Source: an uncultured Flavobacteriales bacterium (lineage in GTDB: Bacteria; Pseudomonadota; Alphaproteobacteria; UBA8366; JADFVY01). From it: a stretch of DNA of 64,000 nucleotides. Position 1 is the first letter of the stretch, and the number at the start of each line of letters is the position of its first letter. The translations under genes and the position numbers were made by a program. This document shows positions 29,851 to 39,593 of this stretch, in pieces. The notes under the pieces are model-generated. The model was not told the origin of the DNA and did not search any database. It saw only the letters and a program-made list of their open reading frames with translations. Location of the stretch: the NCBI GenBank assembly GCA_964347475.1, contig CAYFYY010000007.1, positions 1,261 through 65,260 on the forward strand, given 5' to 3'.

Positions 29851-31023
29851 ATGCTGGCCTTCGAAAAGGACGAATATCTCGAGCGAATCGAGAACACCAA
29901 GCTGCGCATGATGCAGTTCGGACTCGACGTATTGCTGGTCGCCGACCCCGCCAATATGAACTACCTGACCGGTTACGACGGTTGGTCCTTCTACACGCCC
30001 CAGGTCGTTGTGGTGGCGCTGGCTCTCGACGAACCGCTCTGTGTCGTCCGAGGGATCGACCTCAACGGCGCGAAGGTCACGACCTTTCTCGACGACAGCA
30101 ACCTCGTCGGCTACCCGGACGACTACGTCCAGAACAAGCGCATGCACCCGATGGACTTCGTCGCCGAGATGCTGGAGGCGCGCGGTCTGGCACGGGGCAC
30201 CATCGGTGTCGAGATGGACGCCTATTATTTCACTGCGGCCGGCGCCGAGGCGTTGCATCAGAGCCTGCCAAACGCGACCTTCAAGAACGCCTACACGCTG
30301 GTCAACTGGATCCGCATGATCAAGTCGCCGCAGGAGCTCGCCTACATGCGGCAAGCGGCGAGAATCCTCGAGACGGTGATGGAGACGGCGATCGCCGCAG
30401 TGACGCCGGGCGTGCGCCAGTGCGACGCGGCAGCGGAGATCCTCGCTGCGCAGGCGCGCGGGACCGCTGAATTCGGCGGCGACTACACGGCCATTGTGCC
30501 GATGCTGCCGAGCGGCGCCGGCACCTCGACGCCGCATCTGACTTGGTCGGACCGGCCTTTCGCCCCTGGCGAGGCGACGATCCTGGAGCTCGCCGGCTGT
30601 CGCATGCGCTATCACTGCCCGCAGGCGCGCACGGTGTTCCTCGGCTCCCCGCCGCAGAATCTGACGGACACGGCAAAGGTGGTCGTCGAAGGGCTGAATG
30701 CCGTCATCGCCGCAGCGCGGCCCGGCCTGACCTGCGAGGAGATCGAGGGTGTGTGGCGCCGGATCATCGCCCGGGCCGGCATCGTCAAGGAGTCCAGGAT
30801 CGGATATTCCTGCGGGCTCAACTACCCGCCAGACTGGGGCGAACACACGATCAGCCTGCGGCCGGGCGACAAGACGGTGCTGCAACCCGATATGACGATC
30901 CATGTCATCCCCGGCATCTGGCAGGACGACTGGGGCATCGAGATCAGCGAATGCATCCACCTGACGGACACCGGTGCCGAGCCGCTGGCTCGCACGCCAC
31001 GGGAGCTGATCGTCAAAGCATAG
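29851..31023 (+). CDS. doeA: Ectoine hydrolase DoeA/EutD-like M24 family protein
   Basis: DPANMNYLTGYDGWSFY, GYPDDYVQ...HPMD, GGDYTAIVPMLPSG, PHLTWSD, YPPDWGE closely follow DoeA/EutD as I recall them. Confidence 0.78.
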   Translation: MLAFEKDEYLERIENTKLRMMQFGLDVLLVADPANMNYLTGYDGWSFYTPQVVVVALALDEPLCVVRGIDLNGAKVTTFLDDSNLVGYPDDYVQNKRMHPMDFVAEMLEARGLARGTIGVEMDAYYFTAAGAEALHQSLPNATFKNAYTLVNWIRMIKSPQELAYMRQAARILETVMETAIAAVTPGVRQCDAAAEILAAQARGTAEFGGDYTAIVPMLPSGAGTSTPHLTWSDRPFAPGEATILELAGCRMRYHCPQARTVFLGSPPQNLTDTAKVVVEGLNAVIAAARPGLTCEEIEGVWRRIIARAGIVKESRIGYSCGLNYPPDWGEHTISLRPGDKTVLQPDMTIHVIPGIWQDDWGIEISECIHLTDTGAEPLARTPRELIVKA

Positions 31024-31092
31024 GGCGCAAGGACAATGCTCGTCGCACGTCGGCGCCGCCGTGGCAGGACACGCCGGATCCGGGAACGGCCG

Positions 31093-31575
31093 CTAGCGCA
31101 TGGCGCCCCGGTCCGAAATCGGCTTCGCGTAAGCCAATTCCACATCCCAGGGGAAAAGAATCCAGGTATCCTGGCTGACCTCGGTAATGAACGTATCGAC
31201 CAGTGGCCGGCCCGCCGGCTTCGCGTAGATCGTCGCGAAATGCGCCTTCGGCAGCATATCCCGCACCACCTTCGCCGTGGTCCCGGTGTCGACGAGATCG
31301 TCGACGATCAGCCAGCCTTCGCCGTCGCTGTCCAGGCCTTTCAGGATTGTCGTCGCGCCGTGGTCTTTGTGTTCGTACGACGCAATGCAGACCGTATCGA
31401 CCAGCCGGATGTCGAGTTCCCGGGCGACGATGGCCGCCGGGACGAGGCCGCCGCGGGTGATGGCGACGATTCCCTTGAACGGCCCCTGTTCGTGCAGTCG
31501 CCACGCCAGGGCCCGCGCATGCCGGTGCAACTCGTCCCACGAGACGGGAAATTCCATCTGTGCCGATTCGCTCAT
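31093..31575 (-). CDS. gpt: Xanthine phosphoribosyltransferase
   Basis: [20 protein letters not shown] motif [23 protein letters not shown]. Confidence 0.95.
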   Translation of the reverse strand: MSESAQMEFPVSWDELHRHARALAWRLHEQGPFKGIVAITRGGLVPAAIVARELDIRLVDTVCIASYEHKDHGATTILKGLDSDGEGWLIVDDLVDTGTTAKVVRDMLPKAHFATIYAKPAGRPLVDTFITEVSQDTWILFPWDVELAYAKPISDRGAMR

Positions 31576-31768
31576 CACCCCGATCCTCCTGTGCCCCCCA
31601 ATTGGTGCGTTCTAGCCCATGGACTTGGCGGCAGCAACGTCGATACCCTGCGTTTTAGAGGCATTTTCGGCTTAACCGCCGATTCATACCCGTCGTTGAT
31701 GATGTTTCTTGGTCTCGACCGTTTATGATCCTAGGGTGTCCGGTTCGGAAGGCAGATTCACCGTGGAG

Positions 31769-34048
31769 ATGCGGGAAGTCAGCGCCTGCCTCGGCATGAT
31801 CGTTGCTCTGGCTGGTTGTGAGAGCACTACCAGCGATTCGCGTGCCTTCCGCAACGATAACCTGCCCATTCCCGATCCGCTGGCAGGTCAGCAACTGCCA
31901 GCAAATTTCGAGACCGCAGAATTCTCCGCCCAACATGGTCTCAACCAGATTGGCGCCCAGCATGCCTATGCCAAGGGGGCCTCTGGCGGCGGCGTCGTGG
32001 TGGCGGTGATCGACACCGGGATTCAAGTCGACCACAGCGACCTCGCCGCCAATGTTTCCCCGGACAGCATCGACATCGTGCGCGGAGACCCTGTCACGGA
32101 CGAGGATGGCCACGGAACGCACGTCTCAGGGACCGTCGCTGCGGAAAAGAACGACGTGGGGATGCACGGCGTTGCCTTCGACGCAACGATCCTGGCGATC
32201 CGCACAGATACCGTGATTGCCGACCCGGTATTCTGCGGCGGGCCCGCCCAGTGTTCAGTGTTCTATGAAGCCGACCTTATCAACGCGATTCGCTATGCAA
32301 CCGGCAAGGCACATGTGATCAATCTGAGCCTTGGCGGCCCGGTCCCGCTCAGCTTCCAGTTCGAGCAGGAACTGCGTCGCGCGATGAATGCGGGTTCTAT
32401 CATCGTTGCGGCCACGGGCAACGACGGAGCCACGGAACCCGGCTGGCCGGCAATGTACGCGGGCTCTCCGACCGTCAACACGAGCGGCCAGCTGATCGCC
32501 GTGGGTGCCGTTGACAGTACCGGCACAATCGCGGCCTTTTCCAACGAATGCGGCACAGCGAAGGATTATTGCCTCGTAGCGCCAGGCGTAAACATCTATT
32601 CGACGGTTCCCGGCGACGCCTACGCATTCTACTCCGGGACTTCGATGGCTACGCCGCACGTCTCCGGCGCGGCGGCATTGCTGATCCAGACCTGGCCGAT
32701 GCTTCCCCCTTCGGATGTCGTAAGCATTCTGCTGACCACGGCAACCGATCTGGGTGCGGCCGGGGTGGACGTCGTGTACGGCCACGGGTTGTTGAATTTG
32801 GACGCCGCAATGCAGCCGGTCGGCAGCCTGGCGATTCCGCTTTCCGGTTCCGCAACAGGCCAAACCGTTACGCTGGATGGTACTTCGCTGTCTCTGGGGC
32901 CGGCGTTCGGCAACGCGCTCAGCGGTTCGACGTTGCTTGCACAGGCTTTCGCCCTGGATGATTTCGATCGCAATTTCGTTGCCGGGTTGGACGGGCGTGT
33001 CGTTCGTGCCGACCGGAACTTCGGTCTCGACGCTCTTATGGCCGGCGGCATCCAGCCGGTCGAAGCCGCCTTGCCCAACGGCGCGAAAGTCTCCCTCGGC
33101 GCGACAGAGCAGGCGAGCGCTGGTCCGGGGTGGGACGCCATCGGCATGGCCTCCGAGCAAGAGGCAGAGCGCGACGTGCGTGGGATGAGCCTGGCGTTCT
33201 CGGGGAGCGATGGCACCGCCTACCGCATCGGCTATGACGTAACGCCGGCGCAGATGGTCGACGACATCGCAGTCACCCCGGCAGCAAGCCTGTTCTGGAT
33301 GTCTGACGAGCTTCTCAACCCGCAACATGGGCTGGTCGGGACTGGGGCGGCCTTCACGGCAAGCCGCGGGCTCGGTGCCGGGAGTGTACTGACCGTTGGC
33401 CTGGTCGATGAACTTGGTCAGCAGAGTGGCGACACCGGCAACGCGCGGATCGGCGAAATCGCGGTTGCCCATCTATTCCCGGGCGGTGCTGCCCTGACGG
33501 CGCGGTTCTCGCATGTCGACGAGCGTAGCGGCTTCCTCGGCAGCGACGCGGATGGTGGCTTCTCGGTCGAGGGGGCCAACAGCCGGTTCTACGTCCTCGG
33601 TGGCCGTCTGCCGCTCGGCGCGGGGGTAGAACTGCTCGGCAGCTACACGTTGGGAACGACCGACATGACGGCCGACGGGACTAGCCTTCTGAGCGACTGG
33701 AGCGGCGCCCGTGCCGATGCTTTCGGGCTTGGCATCGTCAAGGACAATGCACTGGGCACCGGTGGGCGGATCGGATTCCTGGCTGGGCAGCCACTGCGGG
33801 TCAACGCCGCCTCTGCCAACCTGACCGTGCCGGTCGACTATCAGCTGGACAAAACGGTCGTGCAGGCTTCCGAACGGGTTTCGCTGGTGCCGACCGGCCG
33901 CGAGATCGACCTGCAGATCGCTTATGACAGGACCATCGGGATCCAGGGAAACCTGTCGGGCTGGCTGATGATGCAGCTGGAGCCCGGACATGATGCCGAA
34001 GCGCCGCCAGCGTACGGCATCGGCGTGCGCTTCGCGACGGCCTTCTGA
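31769..34048 (+). CDS. S8 subtilase with lipoprotein signal and C-terminal beta-rich (autotransporter-like) domain
   Basis: LAGC lipobox; triad VIDTG, HGTHVSG, GTSMATPHV; alternating-pattern C-terminus ending in Phe. Confidence 0.88.
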   Translation: MREVSACLGMIVALAGCESTTSDSRAFRNDNLPIPDPLAGQQLPANFETAEFSAQHGLNQIGAQHAYAKGASGGGVVVAVIDTGIQVDHSDLAANVSPDSIDIVRGDPVTDEDGHGTHVSGTVAAEKNDVGMHGVAFDATILAIRTDTVIADPVFCGGPAQCSVFYEADLINAIRYATGKAHVINLSLGGPVPLSFQFEQELRRAMNAGSIIVAATGNDGATEPGWPAMYAGSPTVNTSGQLIAVGAVDSTGTIAAFSNECGTAKDYCLVAPGVNIYSTVPGDAYAFYSGTSMATPHVSGAAALLIQTWPMLPPSDVVSILLTTATDLGAAGVDVVYGHGLLNLDAAMQPVGSLAIPLSGSATGQTVTLDGTSLSLGPAFGNALSGSTLLAQAFALDDFDRNFVAGLDGRVVRADRNFGLDALMAGGIQPVEAALPNGAKVSLGATEQASAGPGWDAIGMASEQEAERDVRGMSLAFSGSDGTAYRIGYDVTPAQMVDDIAVTPAASLFWMSDELLNPQHGLVGTGAAFTASRGLGAGSVLTVGLVDELGQQSGDTGNARIGEIAVAHLFPGGAALTARFSHVDERSGFLGSDADGGFSVEGANSRFYVLGGRLPLGAGVELLGSYTLGTTDMTADGTSLLSDWSGARADAFGLGIVKDNALGTGGRIGFLAGQPLRVNAASANLTVPVDYQLDKTVVQASERVSLVPTGREIDLQIAYDRTIGIQGNLSGWLMMQLEPGHDAEAPPAYGIGVRFATAF

Positions 34049-34288
34049 CGCCGAATTGACCGGTTGGCCGCGCGCCGTGCTATGACGGGACGATCAGTGG
34101 CGCGGCGGCAGCTGCGGCCGATCAACGGGAAGTGATGGCGCCCCACCGTGCGCTGCTTGACTTCCATATTCGATTATTACAATCTTCTAATGAAATAAAG
34201 CGTCGGGGTCGCCTGCGGCCTCGCCGGCGCGCTCGGTTTCGACAATCTTGTCAGGGCGGGGCATTGACCTGGAAAGGAAATAGCGACG

Positions 34289-34783
34289 ATGTCGGAGAAC
34301 AACAACGCGAAGAGCATGTCGATCATCGTGACCAAGGGCTCGCTGGACTGGGCCTATCCGCCCTTCATTATCGGCACGACCGCTGCGGCGATGGGGCTGG
34401 ATGTCACGATGTTCTTTACGTTCTACGGCCTCGGCCTTCTGAAGAAGAAGCTCAACCTCCAGGTTACCCCGCTCGGCAACGCGGCCATGGAGATGCCGAT
34501 GCTGGGTGGCCATATGACGATGCCGAACATGGTGGGCATGTTGCCCGGCGTCGATAAAGCGGCGACCGTGATGATGAAGAACCTCATCAAGAAGAAGGGC
34601 GTGGCGTCGATCGAGGAATTGCGGGAGGCCGCGATCGAGTCCGAGATCCGCATGATCGCCTGCCAGATGACGCTGGACCTGTTCGAATACAAGCGCGAGG
34701 ACCTGATCGAGGGCCACGAGCTTGGAGGTGCGGCGACCTATATCGACGCAGCCACCAAATCCGACATCAACCTGTTCATTTGA
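34289..34783 (+). CDS. dsrE2: DsrE2-like sulfur carrier (DsrE/DsrF/DrsH-like family)
   Basis: TKGSLDWAYPPFI, FFTFYGL, KKKGVASIEELRE, IACQMT.DLF as in DsrE2 of sulfur oxidisers. Confidence 0.85.
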   Translation: MSENNNAKSMSIIVTKGSLDWAYPPFIIGTTAAAMGLDVTMFFTFYGLGLLKKKLNLQVTPLGNAAMEMPMLGGHMTMPNMVGMLPGVDKAATVMMKNLIKKKGVASIEELREAAIESEIRMIACQMTLDLFEYKREDLIEGHELGGAATYIDAATKSDINLFI

Positions 34784-34839
34784 GGCGGCATCCGGCCGAC
34801 CTTTCGCAACGCGACGCAATCAGCAAGGAGAAACCACAC

Positions 34840-35067
34840 ATGGCCGATCAGGTGCTCGACGCCAAGGGGCTGAACTGCCCGCTGCCAATACTCAAGGCGA
34901 AGAAGGCATTGAAGGATGTGCCCGCGGGCGGCACGCTGGAAATCCAGGCAACCGACCCCGGGTCGGTCGCGGACTTTGAAGCATTTTGCCGCACGACCGG
35001 GAACGAGCTGCTGGAATCCAAGACCGAAGACGGCGTTTACGTGTTCGTCATCAAACACACGGGTTGA
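34840..35067 (+). CDS. tusA: Sulfur carrier TusA
   Basis: LDAKGLNCPLPILK, ATDPGSVADFEAFC; AAGGAG RBS. Confidence 0.92.
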   Translation: MADQVLDAKGLNCPLPILKAKKALKDVPAGGTLEIQATDPGSVADFEAFCRTTGNELLESKTEDGVYVFVIKHTG

Positions 35068-35631
35068 CGGGATCGCGAAACGCCCGGAAAATATGGAAAA
35101 ATCATCAGCCGGCCCGGGATGTGACGCCCCGGGCCGTTTCTGTTCGGCAGTCCGAGTTGCCGCCAACATCCTGCAAGTATACGCAAGGCAGACCTTTGGC
35201 ATAACGCTCACGGGCGGCTATGTGGCCTGAATTCGAAGCAGTTTGTGCTGGGTTGTATTTAAAGTAACCGGCTTTTCGATTTGATCGCTTCCGCTCAGAT
35301 TGCACGCCTGTATGTCCGCTTTACGATAATATTCGCCAAATACATACCAGATGATATAAGAAAGTCCTTATTATTTGTCAAACAAACACGGAATTGGTTT
35401 CGCATGTAACGGACTGCTATTTGCAGGTTAACCACATATTTTTTTGCACAATACATTAGATGATGGTAATTTAGAGAGATATAACACACCGTGCTCGCTC
35501 GGTTCGGCGGGCATGAGCCAAGACAGGGGGTGCGTCTGGTGCTTCCGTCAACAAGCCAGGAAAGAGGGCCGTGGGCGGGATCTCCTGGGCACAGCAAGTT
35601 GGCATCTCGGTCTTCACACTCAGGAGGTAGC

Positions 35632-36885
35632 ATGAAGAAGGTATTGTACAGCTGCGCAGCGGGCGCGACCGCTGCGATTGTCGCATGCGCTCCCGCTCAG
35701 GCGACGGAGGGGTATTTCACGCACGGCATCGGTGCCGTCAACAAATCGATGGCCGGCGCCGGCGTCGCCACCGGATTCGACGCCATGTCGCAGGCGACCA
35801 ATCCGGCCGCGCTGACGCTTGTGGACCCGCAATTCACGGCGGATATCTCGCTGTTCAGTCCGCGGCGTGAGTACACCGCCACGAACACACCGTTTCTCGT
35901 CGCCAGTCCGGGGCTCGATAGCGATAGAAACTATTTCTTCATTCCCTCTCTGGCCGGAGCCTACGAAATAGACGACGTGTCGTCCTGGGGGTGGGCATTT
36001 TACGGTCAGGGAGGCATGAATACGACCTATGACGATCCAGTTGGACCGTTTGGCGGCGGAAAGACGGGCGTTGATCTCTCGCAAGCCTTTTTGCAGTTCA
36101 CCTACGCGCGTGACATTACACCCCGGATCAGCGTTGGGGTCAGCCCAATTCTTGCAGCCCAGCGGTTCAAGGCATTTGGTCTTCAAGCGTTCGACAACGC
36201 GACGAATTCGTCGAATCCGGGCAACGTTACGAACAGGGGCTACGAATTGTCGTATGGTTACGGCGGCAAACTCGGCGTGCAAGCCGATATCGGTGGCGGA
36301 GTCCGGTTTGGAGCTTCCTACCAGACACGCATGTACATGAGCAAATTCGACAAGTATTCGGGGCTTTTCGCCGAACAGGGCGATTTCGATATCCCGCCGG
36401 CGCTGCAAGCTGGATTCTCGTGGGATTCGGGCGCTGGCGTGACCGTTGCCCTCGACTACAAGAGAATCTTTTACGAGGCTATCGACGCAGTCTCGAATCC
36501 CCTGTCACCGGGTACACTTACGGGTACGAGCAATCTGCTGGGGGCGAGTGACGGCTCCGGATTTGGCTGGGAGAACATCAACTCTTACAAATTGGGTATC
36601 CAGTGGCAGGCAACTCCAACAGTGGCACTCAGGGCAGGGGTCGGGTTTAACGACAATCCAATCCCCTCATCCGAGGTTATGTTCAACATTCTGGCGCCCG
36701 GCGTGCAGGAGCAGCATTACACGGCCGGACTGACTTGGCAGCAGAGCCCGAACAGCGCCTTCATGCTCGGTGCCATGTATTCACCCAGCAGCAGCGTGTC
36801 CGGGCAGGATCCGTTCAGCGTGCACACCATCGAGCTTGAGATGTGGCAGTTCGAGGTTACCGCCGGCTGGACCTGGACCTTCTGA
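35632..36885 (+). CDS. FadL/OmpP1/TodX family outer-membrane transporter
   Basis: Signal peptide then TEGYFTHGIG, NPAAL plug motif, GFGW, terminal WTF; AGGAGG RBS; lower GC than the flanks. Confidence 0.88.
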   Translation: MKKVLYSCAAGATAAIVACAPAQATEGYFTHGIGAVNKSMAGAGVATGFDAMSQATNPAALTLVDPQFTADISLFSPRREYTATNTPFLVASPGLDSDRNYFFIPSLAGAYEIDDVSSWGWAFYGQGGMNTTYDDPVGPFGGGKTGVDLSQAFLQFTYARDITPRISVGVSPILAAQRFKAFGLQAFDNATNSSNPGNVTNRGYELSYGYGGKLGVQADIGGGVRFGASYQTRMYMSKFDKYSGLFAEQGDFDIPPALQAGFSWDSGAGVTVALDYKRIFYEAIDAVSNPLSPGTLTGTSNLLGASDGSGFGWENINSYKLGIQWQATPTVALRAGVGFNDNPIPSSEVMFNILAPGVQEQHYTAGLTWQQSPNSAFMLGAMYSPSSSVSGQDPFSVHTIELEMWQFEVTAGWTWTF

Positions 36886-36912
36886 CGAAACCAACCGACG
36901 TCCGTACGGCAA

Positions 36913-36939
36913 GGGCCGGGCATCGTGCCCGGTCCTTTT
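36913..36939 (+). terminator. Rho-independent terminator
   Basis: GGGCCGGGCA-TCG-TGCCCGGTCC followed by TTTT. Confidence 0.7.
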
Positions 36940-37081
36940 CCGTCAACGGCAACCGACGGGCGGGGCTGAGCCCTGAGCTGCGCAAAAAAGTGTTGTTAGG
37001 CAGGGATTGATTCCGGGTGGTCGCGGCGTTTCCTCCTCAAGAACGAACAAGAAGGTACGTCACCGACGTCGGGAGGAGACG

Positions 37082-37456
37082 GTGAGACGAATCAAGATCA
37101 CGATCGGTCCCGTCGAGCTGTACGCGAAGCTGCTCGACACGCCTGCAGGAGAAGCCATACGCAGCGCCCTGCCGTTCCTGTCGATGGCGCGGGTCGCCGA
37201 CAGTGCGGTGGTGTTCTCGGCGCCGGGGCCTGTCCCGCCCCATTCGGGACTGCCGGCCATGGGCCGGCCCGGCGATTTCGTTCTGTGCGGCAGAAGCGGG
37301 ACGTGCGGTATCGATTTCGGGATCGAACCTTTTTCGCGCAATCGCCGCCACGGCCCGCGGCGCTCGGGCGACGTCTGGGCGCGCGCGATGGGGGACATCG
37401 CGGCGCTGAAACACGTCATCGACGGTGATCGCGTGGCGGTCCACGGAGTCGAATAG
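37082..37456 (+). CDS. Cyclophilin-like fold protein (divergent)
   Basis: GTG after GGGAGGAG; RIKITIG.VEL.A.LLDTP..EAI..ALPF N-terminus; C-terminal ..L..V.DGD.V.V; middle appears degenerate. Confidence 0.6.
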   Translation: MRRIKITIGPVELYAKLLDTPAGEAIRSALPFLSMARVADSAVVFSAPGPVPPHSGLPAMGRPGDFVLCGRSGTCGIDFGIEPFSRNRRHGPRRSGDVWARAMGDIAALKHVIDGDRVAVHGVE

Positions 37457-37820
37457 CCATCAAATCCGGCACGTGGCGTCTCGTCGACGCCACCCGCCCG
37501 ATGTGCCTGTCCACTGGACAGATCACAATGTTGCCGTCGCTCCGAAGAATCTCAACCATGCGTGTCTACCAATCCCGGTCCAGGGCAAGCACGAGTCTTC
37601 GAGGCTGAGATAACGTCGGCCGCGCTGACGGCACCCAGCCGCGGTGATCGTGGACGTTATTGCCTGTATCGGCGTGGACATCATTCCCGAAGAATCGGCC
37701 CGGCATGAACTGCAAACATTTTGCGCCCGTCAATACCGCCGTGCGACATCGCGTCAACTGGCGTTGGCCGCACCGATGCCCAAATATATTAGATATTTCT
37801 AATTTTTTGAGATCAGGAGG

Positions 37821-38255
37821 ATGCCGATGGCAACGACGGCACGAGTCAAATGGATCGAAGGATCCCGTTTCATCGGGGAATCGCAGAGCGGCCATGCCGT
37901 CGTCATGCAGGGCCTGGCCGGGGAGGGGGAACCGTCGGTGGGCATCCGGCCGATGGAGATGCTGTTGCTCGGCATGGGCGGCTGCACGGCGATCGACGTC
38001 GTGATGATCCTGCAGAAGTCGCGCGAGGCGGTGACCGACGTGGTCGTCGAGATCGAAGCCGAGCGGGCCGAATCGGTGCCCAAGGTCTACAAACGGATCC
38101 ACGCGCACTACGTCGTCACCGGCCGGGGTTTGAGGCCATCTGCGGTCGAGCGTGCGGTCAAGCTGTCGGCCGAAAAATACTGTTCCGCCACCGTCATGCT
38201 GGGGGCAACGGCCACCGTCACGCACGACTTCGAGGTCGTCGAGGCGGACGGTTAG
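37821..38255 (+). CDS. OsmC/YhfA family protein
   Basis: RPMEMLLLGMGGCT.IDVV.IL.K, LSAEKYCSAT; AGGAGG RBS. Confidence 0.92.
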   Translation: MPMATTARVKWIEGSRFIGESQSGHAVVMQGLAGEGEPSVGIRPMEMLLLGMGGCTAIDVVMILQKSREAVTDVVVEIEAERAESVPKVYKRIHAHYVVTGRGLRPSAVERAVKLSAEKYCSATVMLGATATVTHDFEVVEADG

Positions 38256-38311
38256 CGCGTAATCGGTGACGTTGGGCTCGGCCGTATCGGCGCGACCTTA
38301 CGACAGACGCC

Positions 38312-38929
38312 TCAATCGTCCGGGAGGTATCGGAAATGGCCGCTGATCGGGTAGGTGAACAGCATGTCTTTCAGCTCTGGCCCGCGGCCGATGTTGTGCG
38401 CGATCAACGGGCGCCTGCCGTCGGCCGAGCGGCGATCGGTGACGATGCCGATGTGCGGAAGGTTGCCGGGCAGACGCCAGGTGACCAGATCGCCGGGCCG
38501 ATAGGTGTTCGGGTCATCGCTGACCGCAAGTGAGCGGCCGTGCCGCGTGAAGAATGTCTCAAGATTGGGCACGCGCCGATGATCGATGCTCCGGTCCGGT
38601 CGTGTGAGGCCCCAGCGCTGCGGATAGGCCGCGAATTCTCGGATCATGTCTTCATGGACCTCTTTTTGCAGATCGATGCCGAGTCCTGAGCGGTAAGCGC
38701 GAACGACCAGGTCGGTGCATACGCCGATATCGTCCGGCACGTCCCCGCCCGGATAGGCGAGGGTCCGGTACGAGCCATCGTAGACGACCCTGTGCCCGGT
38801 GCGCTCGATCGCCGCCGCCACAAGGTCCTGCCCGGACTCGCCCGGCTGCCGCTGCGCCTGGGCCGCCGGCGGCAACAGGATGACGATGGCGGCCAGATGC
38901 AGAATGGCGCTCCGCACTATCACATGCAC
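38312..38929 (-). CDS. DUF1287 domain exported protein
   Basis: YDGSY..L.YPGGDVP...GVCTDLVVRAYR, IDHRRVPNL, PGDLVTW, HIGIV, HNIG; GTG start after AGGAGG. Confidence 0.88.
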   Translation of the reverse strand: MHVIVRSAILHLAAIVILLPPAAQAQRQPGESGQDLVAAAIERTGHRVVYDGSYRTLAYPGGDVPDDIGVCTDLVVRAYRSGLGIDLQKEVHEDMIREFAAYPQRWGLTRPDRSIDHRRVPNLETFFTRHGRSLAVSDDPNTYRPGDLVTWRLPGNLPHIGIVTDRRSADGRRPLIAHNIGRGPELKDMLFTYPISGHFRYLPDD

Positions 38930-39017
38930 GAGGACCTCCTGCCATGATCGGAGGAGCATTTCGCCCCCTCGGCGTCATCAAATCACTGCAATCCGGCAAA
39001 AAAGCGGCGGCGAACGC

Positions 39018-39491
39018 TCAACCGGAGCACGCCGGCACGAGGCCGCGCTTCTCCAGGTAACGTTGGTGGTGCTCCTCGGCCCGCCAGAAGGCGCCGGCGG
39101 GAACAATCTCGGTGACGATAGGCTGGCGGTGCCGTCCGGACTCTTCCAGTGCGCGCTTGGAACTGCGGGCCTGGCGCTCCTGCGCAGCGTCGTGCACGAA
39201 GATGACCGAGCGAAACGCGCTGCCGACGTCGGGACCCTGGCGGTCCCGTTGCGTCGGATCGTGGAAGCGCCAGAACGAGCTCAGCAGTTCGGTATAGCTC
39301 ACGCTGGCCGGGTCGTACTCCACGCGTACCACCTCAACGTGTCCTGTCGTGCCCGAGCCGACCTCCCGGAATGTCGGGTTCGGCACGTGGCCGCCCATGA
39401 ACCCGACTTCCGTGGCGGTGACGCCCGGGATGAGCCTGACGGCCGCCTCGACGCACCAGAATCGTCCGGCGGCGAATGTTGCGGTGGCCAT
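39018..39491 (-). CDS. msrA: Peptide-methionine (S)-S-oxide reductase MsrA homologue with an altered active site
   Basis: MsrA fold motifs ([33 protein letters not shown]), but GRFWC instead of GCFW. Confidence 0.85.
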   Translation of the reverse strand: MATATFAAGRFWCVEAAVRLIPGVTATEVGFMGGHVPNPTFREVGSGTTGHVEVVRVEYDPASVSYTELLSSFWRFHDPTQRDRQGPDVGSAFRSVIFVHDAAQERQARSSKRALEESGRHRQPIVTEIVPAGAFWRAEEHHQRYLEKRGLVPACSG

Positions 39492-39593
39492 GGCGAGGCC
39501 CTCCTCCGTCTCGCATGTATAAGAGTATCACGTTCCCTAGGTCCGGCAACCGTCGTGTCCGCCGCGGCAGCGCTCGTTATGGGCGTGAAGCGT

